Below, in pieces: positions 46,372-54,550 of a stretch of 64,000 bases of DNA; the stretch's first letter is position 1; each line of letters starts with the position of its first letter. This DNA is from Planctomycetota bacterium (GTDB lineage: Bacteria; Planctomycetota; UBA1135). The DNA is taken from positions 15,730 to 79,729 of the forward strand of contig RFGR01000014.1 in the NCBI GenBank assembly GCA_003696625.1, written 5' to 3'. Made by a program: the position numbers and the translations under genes. The notes under the pieces were generated by a model. It ran no database searches and was not told the DNA's origin. It saw only the letters and a program-made list of their open reading frames with translations.

Positions 46372-48197
46372 TCCTGATCCCCCTCCTCCTCTTCCCGGCC
46401 CCCCTCCCCCAGGAGCCGGCCCAGCTCCATGTTCTTTCCGCACAAGGGTTTGGAGTCGATCGGATGAGCCGGGCCGAGGCCCTCGGGCGGGCCTTTCTGG
46501 CCGAGCACGGTCGCCGTGGCGAGCTGCGGCTGCGTCGCGATCTGGGCTGGTCCCGGACCGCGGACCGGCTGCTCTTCGACCGGCTGGTGGACGGCTACCC
46601 GCTCCGCGGCGAGGACGTCAAAGTCGTCATGTTCCGAGACGGCTCGGCGATCGTCGAGGGCGCGGCCCGGTCGATGGCCGGCGCCCGGGCGGTGGTCGCC
46701 GTGCCCGAGGAGGCCGCAGTCGGCACGGCCCTGGCCGCGGTCGCCGCCGACGGGGCGGCCTCGGTCGTCCGCGCCCGCCTCGCCTGGGAGGGTCGGCGTC
46801 TGGTCTGGGAGGTGCGGCTGCTGATCGACGGCGACGGCACCTGGAGCGAGGACCTGCTGGTCGACGCCGCCGACGGCGCTCTGGTCGGCCGCCGGGATCT
46901 GCGCCTGTTCTGCCTCGGCGGCGGCCCCGGCGGCCGCGCCACCGGCAGCGGCCAGGTCTTCGACCCGAACCCGGTCCAGACCCTCGACGACCACAACCTT
47001 CGCGACCAGAACGATTCCAACGGCGCAGTTCCGGCCTCCACCTACTTCCAGGTGACGCTGCTGGACTTGGCCGGCACCGGCTACCTCGACGGCCCCTGGG
47101 CCTCGACCTCACCGACCTCGAACCGGGCCTACGAGCCGAGCGGACAGTTCATCTACCAGCGCAACCCGGACCAGTTCGAGGAGGTGATGTGCTATTACCA
47201 CGTCGATGGTTTCCAGCGCTACCTGCAGTCGATCGGCCAGACCAACGCCAATCGGCGCCAGCAGAAGATGGACGTCAACGGCACCACGGTGGACAACTCG
47301 TGGTACGACATGGGCACTCGGATCATCACCTACGGTTCGGGCGGGGTGGACGACGCCGAGGACGCCGACATCATCATCCACGAGTACGGCCACGCCCTGC
47401 ACCACGACGTCCAGGGCAGCATCGGCGGCGGCCAGAACGGTGCCATGTCCGAGGGCTACGGTGACTACTTCGCGGCCAGCTTCTACGACGACGCCCTGGT
47501 CGGCGAGTGGGACGCCACCTCCTACACCTGGGGGTCGATCCACTATCTGCGCCGGGTCGACGGCGACAAGCACTATCCGGGCGACCTCAACGGCTGGGTG
47601 CACGATGACGGCGAGATCTGGTCGGCGGCGCTCTGGGACATCCGCATGGCCGTCGGTCGCGAGATCGCCGACAACATCATCGTCGAGGCGATGAGCCTCC
47701 AGTCCGGCAACAGCGGCATGGTCAGCGGCGCCAACTGGCTGCTGACGGCCGAGCAACAACTCTACGGCGGGGCGTGGCGGCCCTACCTCGAGTGGGCGCT
47801 CGACCGCCGCGGCTTCCTGCCGCTGCCGAGCGGCACGGTGGTGCTGTCGCCGCAGGATTCGTCGCCGATCTCCGGCACCGCGACCACCCTGGTCCTGACC
47901 GCCGCCAACCACGCCGGCAAGGGCTACAAGATCCTGGCCTCGCGCCAGCCGGGGCCGAATCCGCTCGGCCCGCCCTGGAACGTGACCATCCACGTCGGCC
48001 TCGATCTGCTGTCGCTGTCGCTGGCCCAGCCCGGCTTCGTCGGCACGATCGGCGGCACCGGCACCGCCGGCGCCACCGTCCTCATCCCGGCCAGCATAGA
48101 GCAGAAGCCGGTGGTCTTCCAGGCCGGAGTGTTCGACGCCGCCGGCAACCTCGTCGAGCTGAGCAAGCCCTGCGCGATCCGGACCGGGATCCACTGA
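46368..48197 (+). CDS. secreted HExxH gluzincin metalloprotease (M4/M36-like) with shared C-terminal module
   Basis: C-terminal 609 aa of track ORF 45678..48197. ATG 46368 overlaps the speA TGA (ATGA). Signal peptide MILIPLLLFPAPLPQ. IIIHEYGHALHHD plus MSEGYGDYFA (third zinc ligand region). Confidence 0.8.
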   Translation: MILIPLLLFPAPLPQEPAQLHVLSAQGFGVDRMSRAEALGRAFLAEHGRRGELRLRRDLGWSRTADRLLFDRLVDGYPLRGEDVKVVMFRDGSAIVEGAARSMAGARAVVAVPEEAAVGTALAAVAADGAASVVRARLAWEGRRLVWEVRLLIDGDGTWSEDLLVDAADGALVGRRDLRLFCLGGGPGGRATGSGQVFDPNPVQTLDDHNLRDQNDSNGAVPASTYFQVTLLDLAGTGYLDGPWASTSPTSNRAYEPSGQFIYQRNPDQFEEVMCYYHVDGFQRYLQSIGQTNANRRQQKMDVNGTTVDNSWYDMGTRIITYGSGGVDDAEDADIIIHEYGHALHHDVQGSIGGGQNGAMSEGYGDYFAASFYDDALVGEWDATSYTWGSIHYLRRVDGDKHYPGDLNGWVHDDGEIWSAALWDIRMAVGREIADNIIVEAMSLQSGNSGMVSGANWLLTAEQQLYGGAWRPYLEWALDRRGFLPLPSGTVVLSPQDSSPISGTATTLVLTAANHAGKGYKILASRQPGPNPLGPPWNVTIHVGLDLLSLSLAQPGFVGTIGGTGTAGATVLIPASIEQKPVVFQAGVFDAAGNLVELSKPCAIRTGIH

Positions 48198-48360
48198 TCC
48201 GCATTCTGAACCGACGCCGGAAGGCGCTTTCTTCCCTGGCGGGGGAGGAGGTCGCTTTCCGGCGGCGGTCGGTTTCTCGGCCAACGGAGCCGAACTTCGG
48301 CCGTAGAAACAGGGTTCGGCCCTGGAACCGGCTCGGTTCCCGCAACCCAGACCGCTGACC

Positions 48361-49350
48361 ATGGCTTTGCGTACGAATGCTCCCGATTCCTCCCGTCGTT
48401 TCACCAAGATCGGCATCTTCTTCGACGGCAGCTTCTTCTCGCACGTCAGCTTCTACTACAAGTGGCACCATCCACGCCGGATGCGCCTGTCGCTGCCCGG
48501 CATCCAGCGCTTCGTCCGCCGCCGGGTGGCCGAGGGCGAGGGCCTCGACGAGCGCTTCTGCCACATCGTCGACGCCCACTTCTTCCGCGGCCGCCTGAGC
48601 GCCCGCGAGGCCCAGGAGCGTGAGGCCCTCTTCCGCGAGCGGATCTTCGACGAGGCGCTGATGCGCTCGGGCATCGAGACCCACTACCTGCCGGTGTCCC
48701 AGAGCAAAGAGAAGGGGGTGGACGTCCTCCTCGCTCTCGAGGCCTACGAGCGGGCGGTGTTCAAGGCTCTCGACGTCTGCGTCCTGATCGCCGGCGACGC
48801 CGACTTCGTGCCGCTGGTCCGCAAGCTGCACACGCTCGGCACCCGGGTAATGGTCCTGGGCTGGAACCTCGAGTTCGATGACAAGGACGGCGTCCACCAC
48901 GAGACGCGTTCCTCGCACAACCTGCTCGAGGAGGCCACCTACGCCGTTCGCGTCCACGAGGAGATCGACGCCGTCCAGCCGGGTGAAGACCCGCTGATCG
49001 ACGAGATCTTCTACGACCCCAGCGGCGGCGGCGGCGACCTGGCCGAGGCCGAAGAGGCCCTCGACGACGACGTCATCACCCTGCGGGCGCCGCGGCGCCC
49101 GGCCGCCGACCCCGACGCCGAGCGCAACCGCTTCAAAGGCCGGGTCATCCACCTGCAGGACACCTGGGGCTTCATCTCGCGCGAGGGCGACGAGAAGGAC
49201 TTCTTCTTCCACGAGACCGACCTGCACGGGGTCGAGTACGAGGACCTGAAGGTCGGTTCTTGGGTCAGCTTCATCGCCAGCGCCAACGACCGCGGTCCCT
49301 ACGCCCGGCAGGTGCAGAAGGCCGAGCCGCCCGAACCGACCGAGTCGTAG
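48361..49350 (+). CDS. NYN (LabA/PIN-like) nuclease domain fused to a C-terminal cold-shock domain
   Basis: 329-aa ORF. IGIFFDGSFF, KGVDVLLALEAYE and CVLIAGDADFVPLVRKLHTLGTRVMVLG form the NYN core. The C-terminal FKGRVIHLQDTWGFISREGDEKDFFFHETDL...GSWVSF is CSD-like (GFI / FFH RNP motifs). Confidence 0.8.
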   Translation: MALRTNAPDSSRRFTKIGIFFDGSFFSHVSFYYKWHHPRRMRLSLPGIQRFVRRRVAEGEGLDERFCHIVDAHFFRGRLSAREAQEREALFRERIFDEALMRSGIETHYLPVSQSKEKGVDVLLALEAYERAVFKALDVCVLIAGDADFVPLVRKLHTLGTRVMVLGWNLEFDDKDGVHHETRSSHNLLEEATYAVRVHEEIDAVQPGEDPLIDEIFYDPSGGGGDLAEAEEALDDDVITLRAPRRPAADPDAERNRFKGRVIHLQDTWGFISREGDEKDFFFHETDLHGVEYEDLKVGSWVSFIASANDRGPYARQVQKAEPPEPTES

Positions 49351-49387
49351 TCGGAACTCCTCCGCCCGGGTCGAGCCGGCGCGGGCG

Positions 49388-49393
49388 TAGGCT
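49388..49393 (+). promoter_or_regulatory. -10-like TAGGCT, 6 nt upstream of GTG 49400
   Basis: gcgTAGGCTggtgccGTG. Confidence 0.45.
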
Positions 49394-49399
49394 GGTGCC

Positions 49400-50620
49400 G
49401 TGCTGCTCCAGCCGCTCCTCGGCATCCCGGTCTTGGTCGCGCTGGCCTGGCTGCTGAGCACCGACCGCAAGGCGGTGCGCTGGCGGCCGTTGCTCGGCGG
49501 CCTCCTGCTGCAGTTCCTGCTGGCGCTGGTCGTGTTGCGCACCCGAGTGGGCGCGGCCTTCTTCGACGGCGCCCAGGCCTTCTTCCTGGCCCTGATCGAG
49601 TACGCCAAGCAGGGCTCGCGCAGCATCTTCGGCGACGCCGCCCTCGGCCTGGCCGACGGGCCGCCGCTGCTGGCGGTGCTGGTCGTGGTGACGGTGGTCT
49701 TCTTCTCGTCGCTCTTCGCCGTGCTTCACCACCTCGGGGTCGTGCGCCTGATCGTCGGCGGCATGGCGCGGCTGATGGCGCGCACGCTTGGCACCTCCGG
49801 CGCGGAGTCGACCAGCGCCGCGGCCAACATCTTCGTCGGCCAGACCGAGGCGCCGCTCCTGATCCGTCCCTACCTGGCGGGGATGACGATCAGCGAGGTC
49901 GGCGCGGTGATGTCGGTCGGCTTCGCCACGGTCGCCGGCGGGGTCTTCGCGATCTACGTCGGCATGTTGAGCGGAACCGTGCCGGGGGTGGCCGGCCATC
50001 TGCTCGCGGCCAGCGTGATGTCGGCGCCGATGGCCCTGGGCCTGGCCAAGGTCGTCTTCCCCGAGACGGACCGACCCGCCACCCTCGGCGTGGACGTCGC
50101 CCAGCCGCGCTCGAGCTACGTCAACCTGGTCGACGCCGCCGCCTCGGGGGCCGGCGACGGCATGCAGCTGTCGATCAACATCCTCGGCATGCTGATCGCC
50201 TTCCTGGCCATCCTCCAGCTCCTGAACGGGCTGCTCGGGATGATCGACGACGGCCTCACCCTGCAGCGGATCTTCGGCTGGCTGCTGGCGCCGGTGGCCT
50301 GGCTGCTCGGCGTGCCGGCGCCCGACGCCCAGGCGGTGGGGGGGCTGCTCGGCACCAAGATCGCGGTGAACGAGTACGTCGCCTACGACGCGCTGGCGAA
50401 GCTGGGCGCCGCCGGCGAGATCGACGAGCGCTCCCGCATCGTCGCCAGCTACGCCCTGTGCGGCTTCGCCAACTTCTCCAGTATCGCCATCCAGATCGGC
50501 GGCCTCAGCGGCATGGCCCCCGAACGCCGCGGAGATTTCGCCCGCCTCGGCCTGCGGGCGATGCTGACCGGAGCCCTGGCCAGCTTCTGCACCGCGGCGA
50601 CGGCGGCGATCCTGCTCTGA
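49400..50620 (+). CDS. nupC: NupC/CNT-family concentrative nucleoside transporter
   Basis: 406-aa polytopic ORF. ...ANIFVGQTEAPLLIRPYL..., GFATVAGGV, NEYVAY, CGFANFSSIAIQIGG are CNT signatures. Confidence 0.9.
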   Translation: MLLQPLLGIPVLVALAWLLSTDRKAVRWRPLLGGLLLQFLLALVVLRTRVGAAFFDGAQAFFLALIEYAKQGSRSIFGDAALGLADGPPLLAVLVVVTVVFFSSLFAVLHHLGVVRLIVGGMARLMARTLGTSGAESTSAAANIFVGQTEAPLLIRPYLAGMTISEVGAVMSVGFATVAGGVFAIYVGMLSGTVPGVAGHLLAASVMSAPMALGLAKVVFPETDRPATLGVDVAQPRSSYVNLVDAAASGAGDGMQLSINILGMLIAFLAILQLLNGLLGMIDDGLTLQRIFGWLLAPVAWLLGVPAPDAQAVGGLLGTKIAVNEYVAYDALAKLGAAGEIDERSRIVASYALCGFANFSSIAIQIGGLSGMAPERRGDFARLGLRAMLTGALASFCTAATAAILL

Positions 50621-50679
50621 GCGGCGACCGGCACGCCCCTTGCGGCCGGCCCCGTTCCCTGGCAGATTCGGAGGTGCGC

Positions 50680-51564
50680 ATGACTGGATCCCTCCTCTCT
50701 CGTCGCCGCCTCTTCCGGGCCCTGCCGGCCCTTCTGCTGCTCGCCGCCCCGCTCGCGGCCCAGGCCGACTTCTCGGCCAGCGTCAGCTTCGGTGACAGCC
50801 TGACCCACAACGACCTGCTCGGCCTGGTCTACGGGAATCCGCAGGACCTCTACGGCAAGGACCCGTTCCACGCCTCCTGGAGCAAGGGCGCGCAGCCGGG
50901 TGACCACCTCAGCAACTATGCGGTCGGCGGCTCGGAGAGCCGGCACCTCCACACCCAGATCGAACTCTTCGACTTCATGGTCCTGATCGGGGTCGAGCCC
51001 GAGCCGACCCTGATCGACGTCGAGATCGGCGGCAACGACTTCCTGAACAACCGCGACCTGCTCGCCTCGGCTCCGCCCGGGGTGGATCCGATGGTCGACG
51101 ACGTGGTCGACCGCCTGCTGGTGCGCCTGGAGCGGGACGTTCGCCATCTGGCGCGCAAGTACCGGCAGGCGAAGATCGTCCTCTGGACCATCCCGGACAT
51201 CGTCCTGGCGCCGGCGGTGTGGGGGCGCTACAGCGCCACGGAGGAGGCCAACATCCGCGCCCACCTGGCGCGGGCGAACCAAGCCATCCGAGCCGCCGCC
51301 GCGGCCCGGCGCATCGCGGTTTATGACTTCGCCGCGGCCTTCGCCGGCTACGTGGCCTCGCCGCCGGCCTTCTACGGCCACCCGCTGGTCGGGCCGCCGG
51401 CCTACGGCGACTACGACCACCTTTTCGCCGACGACATCCACCCCACCGCCGTCCACAACGCCCTCCACGCCAACGGCATCCTCGACGCCCTCGAGGCGGC
51501 CTGGGGCGGCAGCTTCCCGCGCTACAGCGAGCGCGAGCTGGCGGACCTGGCGCACATTCCCTGA
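50680..51564 (+). CDS. exported SGNH/GDSL hydrolase (possible Tat signal)
   Basis: Part of track ORF 50458..51564. ATG 50680 has GGAGG upstream. MTGSLLSRRRLFRALPALLLLAAPLAAQ (SRRxF twin-arginine-like). Block I FGDSLT, block III GGNDF, block V DDIHPT. Confidence 0.85.
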   Translation: MTGSLLSRRRLFRALPALLLLAAPLAAQADFSASVSFGDSLTHNDLLGLVYGNPQDLYGKDPFHASWSKGAQPGDHLSNYAVGGSESRHLHTQIELFDFMVLIGVEPEPTLIDVEIGGNDFLNNRDLLASAPPGVDPMVDDVVDRLLVRLERDVRHLARKYRQAKIVLWTIPDIVLAPAVWGRYSATEEANIRAHLARANQAIRAAAAARRIAVYDFAAAFAGYVASPPAFYGHPLVGPPAYGDYDHLFADDIHPTAVHNALHANGILDALEAAWGGSFPRYSERELADLAHIP

Positions 51565-51582
51565 GTTCCCGTCCGGGTCAGG

Positions 51583-51891
51583 TCAGCCCGATCGTTTCCT
51601 CCCGGCGCCCTGCCGGGTGTTCTCCTCGATGGCGATCAGGAGCCGGATGAACTCGGCCGAAGCCCGGAGCGCGGCCCAAAGCAAGAGGGAGCCGACGAGC
51701 CCGACAAGCAGATAGATCGCGCCCAGGAACCGCTCCTGGTTCGTGGCCCAGGGCCAGGGGATGAGTTCCGTGGCCAGATGGAAGATCCAGAAGAGGAAGG
51801 AACCGGTCGAAACGACCAGCGCCAGGGCCGCCTGGAGGCCGGCGATGATTCGAAGAGCGGGCCAGGACTTCGGAGCTTTGGTCTTCATCAT
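51583..51891 (-). CDS. small membrane protein (102 aa, 2-3 TM)
   Basis: C-terminal part of track ORF 51583..52530. Start MMKTKAPKSWPALRIIAGLQ... (ATG 51891). GC3-rich frame, hydrophobic helices, C-terminal AEFIRLLIAIEENTR. Confidence 0.55.
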   Translation of the reverse strand: MMKTKAPKSWPALRIIAGLQAALALVVSTGSFLFWIFHLATELIPWPWATNQERFLGAIYLLVGLVGSLLLWAALRASAEFIRLLIAIEENTRQGAGRKRSG

Positions 51892-51946
51892 GTCCTTCCA
51901 GGCTACCCGGAGGGAGGAACCCAAGGCGAGTCGTCTCCGAACGGGG

Positions 51947-52198
51947 TCAATCCGCCGTCGGCGGCGCCGGCCAACTCCCCCGCGGCGGGTGGAACCTGGC
52001 GTGGCAGGAGGTGCATTCCCAGGCGGGATCGTCGTTCGTGACGCAGCAGCCCCCGAGGATCGTGCGCCGCTCCCCCGGCCGGCGGGCCGGTTCCTCGAAC
52101 GAAGGGAAGTAGCCGTAGATGATGTCGGCGATCTTCTCCGAGCCGCACTCGGGGCATCTCTCGGGCCGGCCCGGAACGCGGTGGATGGTCGATGCCAT
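51947..52198 (-). CDS. small zinc-ribbon protein (83 aa)
   Basis: Track ORF. CPECGS ... CTSCH Cys pairs, GC3-rich codons. Confidence 0.5.
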   Translation of the reverse strand: MASTIHRVPGRPERCPECGSEKIADIIYGYFPSFEEPARRPGERRTILGGCCVTNDDPAWECTSCHARFHPPRGSWPAPPTAD

Positions 52199-52208
52199 TT
52201 CTCACCCC

Positions 52209-52490
52209 TCAGGCAGGCCGCTGCCGGCGGAGGATCAGGGCGGCGATCCGGGGGCTGGTCGCGAACAGAACGACGCCCCAGATGGCGGGCATGGCCGCCG
52301 TCAGCAGGCCGAGGAGACCGGCGTTCGCGGCTGCCGAAGAGATCTGGACCTGCACGCCGTCGGGGATGCCGTAGAGGGTGTTCCGCACGGCAGTCAGGGC
52401 GATCAGGGCGTCGGTCAGGAGGATGCCGCTGATGAGGATCGCGACGACGGCGACTACCTGGAGAGCGGCTTGGATGGGATTGACGAGCAT
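52209..52490 (-). CDS. small membrane protein (93 aa)
   Basis: Track ORF. Three hydrophobic helices. GGGAGGA lies 12 nt upstream of the ATG, with TAGGAT further upstream. Confidence 0.55.
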   Translation of the reverse strand: MLVNPIQAALQVVAVVAILISGILLTDALIALTAVRNTLYGIPDGVQVQISSAAANAGLLGLLTAAMPAIWGVVLFATSPRIAALILRRQRPA

Positions 52491-52611
52491 GGATTCCAGA
52501 TCCTCCCGGATGGGATTGGGGGAGGGACACCAGGGATCCTACCGCCTGTTCCCGGCGCCCTCACCGATCCTGTCCGGGAAGGGGCTCCGCAGCCGGGGCA
52601 AGGAGCGGGGT

Positions 52612-52974
52612 TCATCCCCTGTCACTTCCACCCGCGCGGGCCAGCCGAAAGGCCAGGGTGGCCACGACGCCCTGGCTCAGGTCGGCGAGGGCGTGCAGGG
52701 CCATGGCCGGCAGGAGCGACCCGGACCCGAGCACGACCAGGGTGAGGAGGCGGAGGTCCGCCCAGGAGCGATCGGCCGAGATCCAGAGGACGGCCAGGAC
52801 GCCGACGAGCCCCCAGCCGATGATCAGCCAGCTCGTCCAGGCCCATCTCCGGGCCCGGCCGGGGTCGCCTCGGTGCCGCCAAAGGAAGGCAGGCCACAGG
52901 ACGAAGTAATCGCCCAGGAGCAGGAGCGCGATCAGCGCCAGGAAGGCGAAGTCGGCCGTCTTCCAGGCTGCCCA
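52612..52974 (-). CDS. probable membrane-protein coding region with unresolved start (possible frameshift or non-canonical start)
   Basis: The GC3-rich minus-strand frame reads WAAWKTADFAFLALIALLLLGDYFVLWPAFLWRHRGDPGRARRWAWTSWLIIGWGLVGVLAVLWISADRSWADLRLLTLVVLGSGSLLPAMALHALADLSQGVVATLAFRLARAGGSDRG*. It has no in-frame ATG/GTG/TTG before the first TM helix. The track ORF 52622..52975 is a different, low-GC3 frame. ATG 52988 (MIEPD...) lies one frame off. Confidence 0.35.
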   Translation of the reverse strand, partial: WAAWKTADFAFLALIALLLLGDYFVLWPAFLWRHRGDPGRARRWAWTSWLIIGWGLVGVLAVLWISADRSWADLRLLTLVVLGSGSLLPAMALHALADLSQGVVATLAFRLARAGGSDRG

Positions 52975-53206
52975 TCCGGTTCGATCATGGACCGAGAGAC
53001 CGGCGCCTCCACCCCAGGAGCCTGGCGGGAGCGGCTAAAGGGGTGTGAGAGTTCCATCGATCCCCTGACTCAGGCTCCGGGCATCAGCAGAAGGACGCCG
53101 AGGGCGGCGCGCAGCACCTGGGCGGCGGAGGGCTTCATCCACCCGCCTACGCCCGGTGCCCGGGGATCGTCGGCCAAGCCGGCCTCGTGGCTTCGGTGGA
53201 CCGGGT

Positions 53207-53488
53207 TCACAAACCGGCCAGCGCCAGGAGGAAAGGCAAGCAGAGGAAGCCGATCAGGGTGGTCCACCAGAGGGAGCGGTTGGCCTCGAAGCGGAGCAGC
53301 AGAGAGAAGAGGAGCCAGGACAAGCCGAGATCGATCACCGGCGAAACCAGCCGTTCGACCAGGGTCATTTCCTCGAACAGATCGAACAGGACACCGGCGC
53401 CGGTGTAGATGCCGACGCAGAGTTTCACGTCGGCGATCCGCTCGAGCAGTTTGATCAGACCGAAGAGGAGGAGGTAGCTGAACCACAT
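53207..53488 (-). CDS. small membrane protein (93 aa)
   Basis: Track ORF MWFSYLLLFGLIKLLERIADVKLCVGIYTGAGVLFDLFEE... Three hydrophobic helices. Visibly lower GC than its surroundings. Confidence 0.6.
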   Translation of the reverse strand: MWFSYLLLFGLIKLLERIADVKLCVGIYTGAGVLFDLFEEMTLVERLVSPVIDLGLSWLLFSLLLRFEANRSLWWTTLIGFLCLPFLLALAGL

Positions 53489-53503
53489 CGGCTGCCGCCG
53501 ACC

Positions 53504-54283
53504 CTAGTCCGGCGCGCTCACGGTGATGTCGGCGTTGCTCGTCCGCAGGACCAGGAAGCCGCCGGCCTCGCGGCGCAGATTCTCGACCCCGCGAATTCGG
53601 CCGTTGCTGGTCGAGGCGGTGGCGGCGGCGCGCAATCGGCCGCTGCAGCTCAGGGCGATCGCGCCGTTCGAGGTCCGGACCTCGCCGCGGCCGCTCCAGT
53701 CGCCGATCAGGTCCACGGTGACCGAGGCGTTCGAGGTGTGGATGTCGAAGTCGGCCACCGGGCCGGACAGAGCCACCGAGCCGTTCGAGGTCGCGAGTTC
53801 GGCCCGGCCGGCGCAGCGCACCTCGACGGCGGCGTTCGAGGTGTCGGCCCGCACGGTCGGGAAGGGATCCTCCACCACGATGCGGCCGTTGCTGGTGTCG
53901 AGATCGAGAGCGATTCCGGCCGGTACGCGCAGGTTCATCGCCGCGGCCCAGCGGTGCAGCCCCGGCGGGATGTCGACGTGGATCCGCAGCACGGAACCGC
54001 TGCGTTCGGCGACCACCGCCATCGCCGCCAGCTCGTCCTCGGCCTCGAGCCGGGTGTCGGCCCAGGCGGTCAGGAGGGCCTCGCAGTCGATCTCGCCGCC
54101 GCCGCCCTGGACCACCCGCAGCGAGCCGTTGCGGCCCTCGACCCGCACGGTGGCGGCGCCGTCGAGGGCGAAGGTCGCATGCCGCTCCTCCCGTGCTTGC
54201 TCGCGGGCGCCGTCACCGATCGCGATCACGCAGGAGGAGGTGAAGAGGAGGACGGGCAGGGCGAGGACCGAGGGGCGGGCCAT
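53504..54283 (-). CDS. DUF4097-like repeat protein (putative beta-helical adhesin-like; exported, possibly a lipoprotein)
   Basis: 259-aa ORF. MARPSVLALPVLLFTSSC. Seven T/S-S-N-G/A repeats (TSNGRIVV, TSNAAVEV, TSNGSVAL, TSNASVTV, TSNGAIAL, TSNGRIRG, TSNADITV). Confidence 0.8.
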   Translation of the reverse strand: MARPSVLALPVLLFTSSCVIAIGDGAREQAREERHATFALDGAATVRVEGRNGSLRVVQGGGGEIDCEALLTAWADTRLEAEDELAAMAVVAERSGSVLRIHVDIPPGLHRWAAAMNLRVPAGIALDLDTSNGRIVVEDPFPTVRADTSNAAVEVRCAGRAELATSNGSVALSGPVADFDIHTSNASVTVDLIGDWSGRGEVRTSNGAIALSCSGRLRAAATASTSNGRIRGVENLRREAGGFLVLRTSNADITVSAPD

Positions 54284-54304
54284 GGGGAGGATCGGGGTGG
54301 GCGG

Positions 54305-54427
54305 TCAGGCGGCCAAGAGGGCGGGAGCGAGTTCGAGGAGGTAGCCGATCCAGGCGGCGCCGAGCGAGACGCCGATCACGGCGAACAGCGCCAACGGGGC
54401 GAGGCGGTTGACGGACGTGGTCTTCAT
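54305..54427 (-). CDS. unlisted 40-aa single-TM small ORF upstream of the DUF4097-like gene
   Basis: Below the track size cut-off. ATG 54427: MKTTSVNRLAPLALFAVIGVSLGAAWIGYLLELAPALLAA*. Strongly GC3-biased codons. It stops 21 nt before the next start. Confidence 0.4.
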   Translation of the reverse strand: MKTTSVNRLAPLALFAVIGVSLGAAWIGYLLELAPALLAA

Positions 54428-54538
54428 GATGGCCGGTTCTTGGGAGCCGGAGCCGGCCGATTTCGGCCCTGTCGCCTATCGGCATGAGAATTGCCCGGAG
54501 AGAAGATCGGCGGGGACCCACACCGGGGCGGGCCACCC

Positions 54539-54544
54539 TACGAT
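54539..54544 (+). promoter_or_regulatory. -10-like TACGAT, 6 nt upstream of ATG 54551
   Basis: cccTACGATgcgggcATG. Confidence 0.45.
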
Positions 54545-54550
54545 GCGGGC

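Noticed and set aside
53070-53486. The 138-aa ORF 53070..53486 and the 117-aa ORF 52622..52975 as real genes. Also a 22-aa peptide MKPSAAQVLRAALGVLLLMPGA (53070..53138).
   Set aside because: The first two are Arg/Pro-rich with poor third-position GC bias, and they overlap better frames (53207..53488 and the 52612..52974 frame). The 22-aa peptide has good codon bias but is too short to support without expression data.
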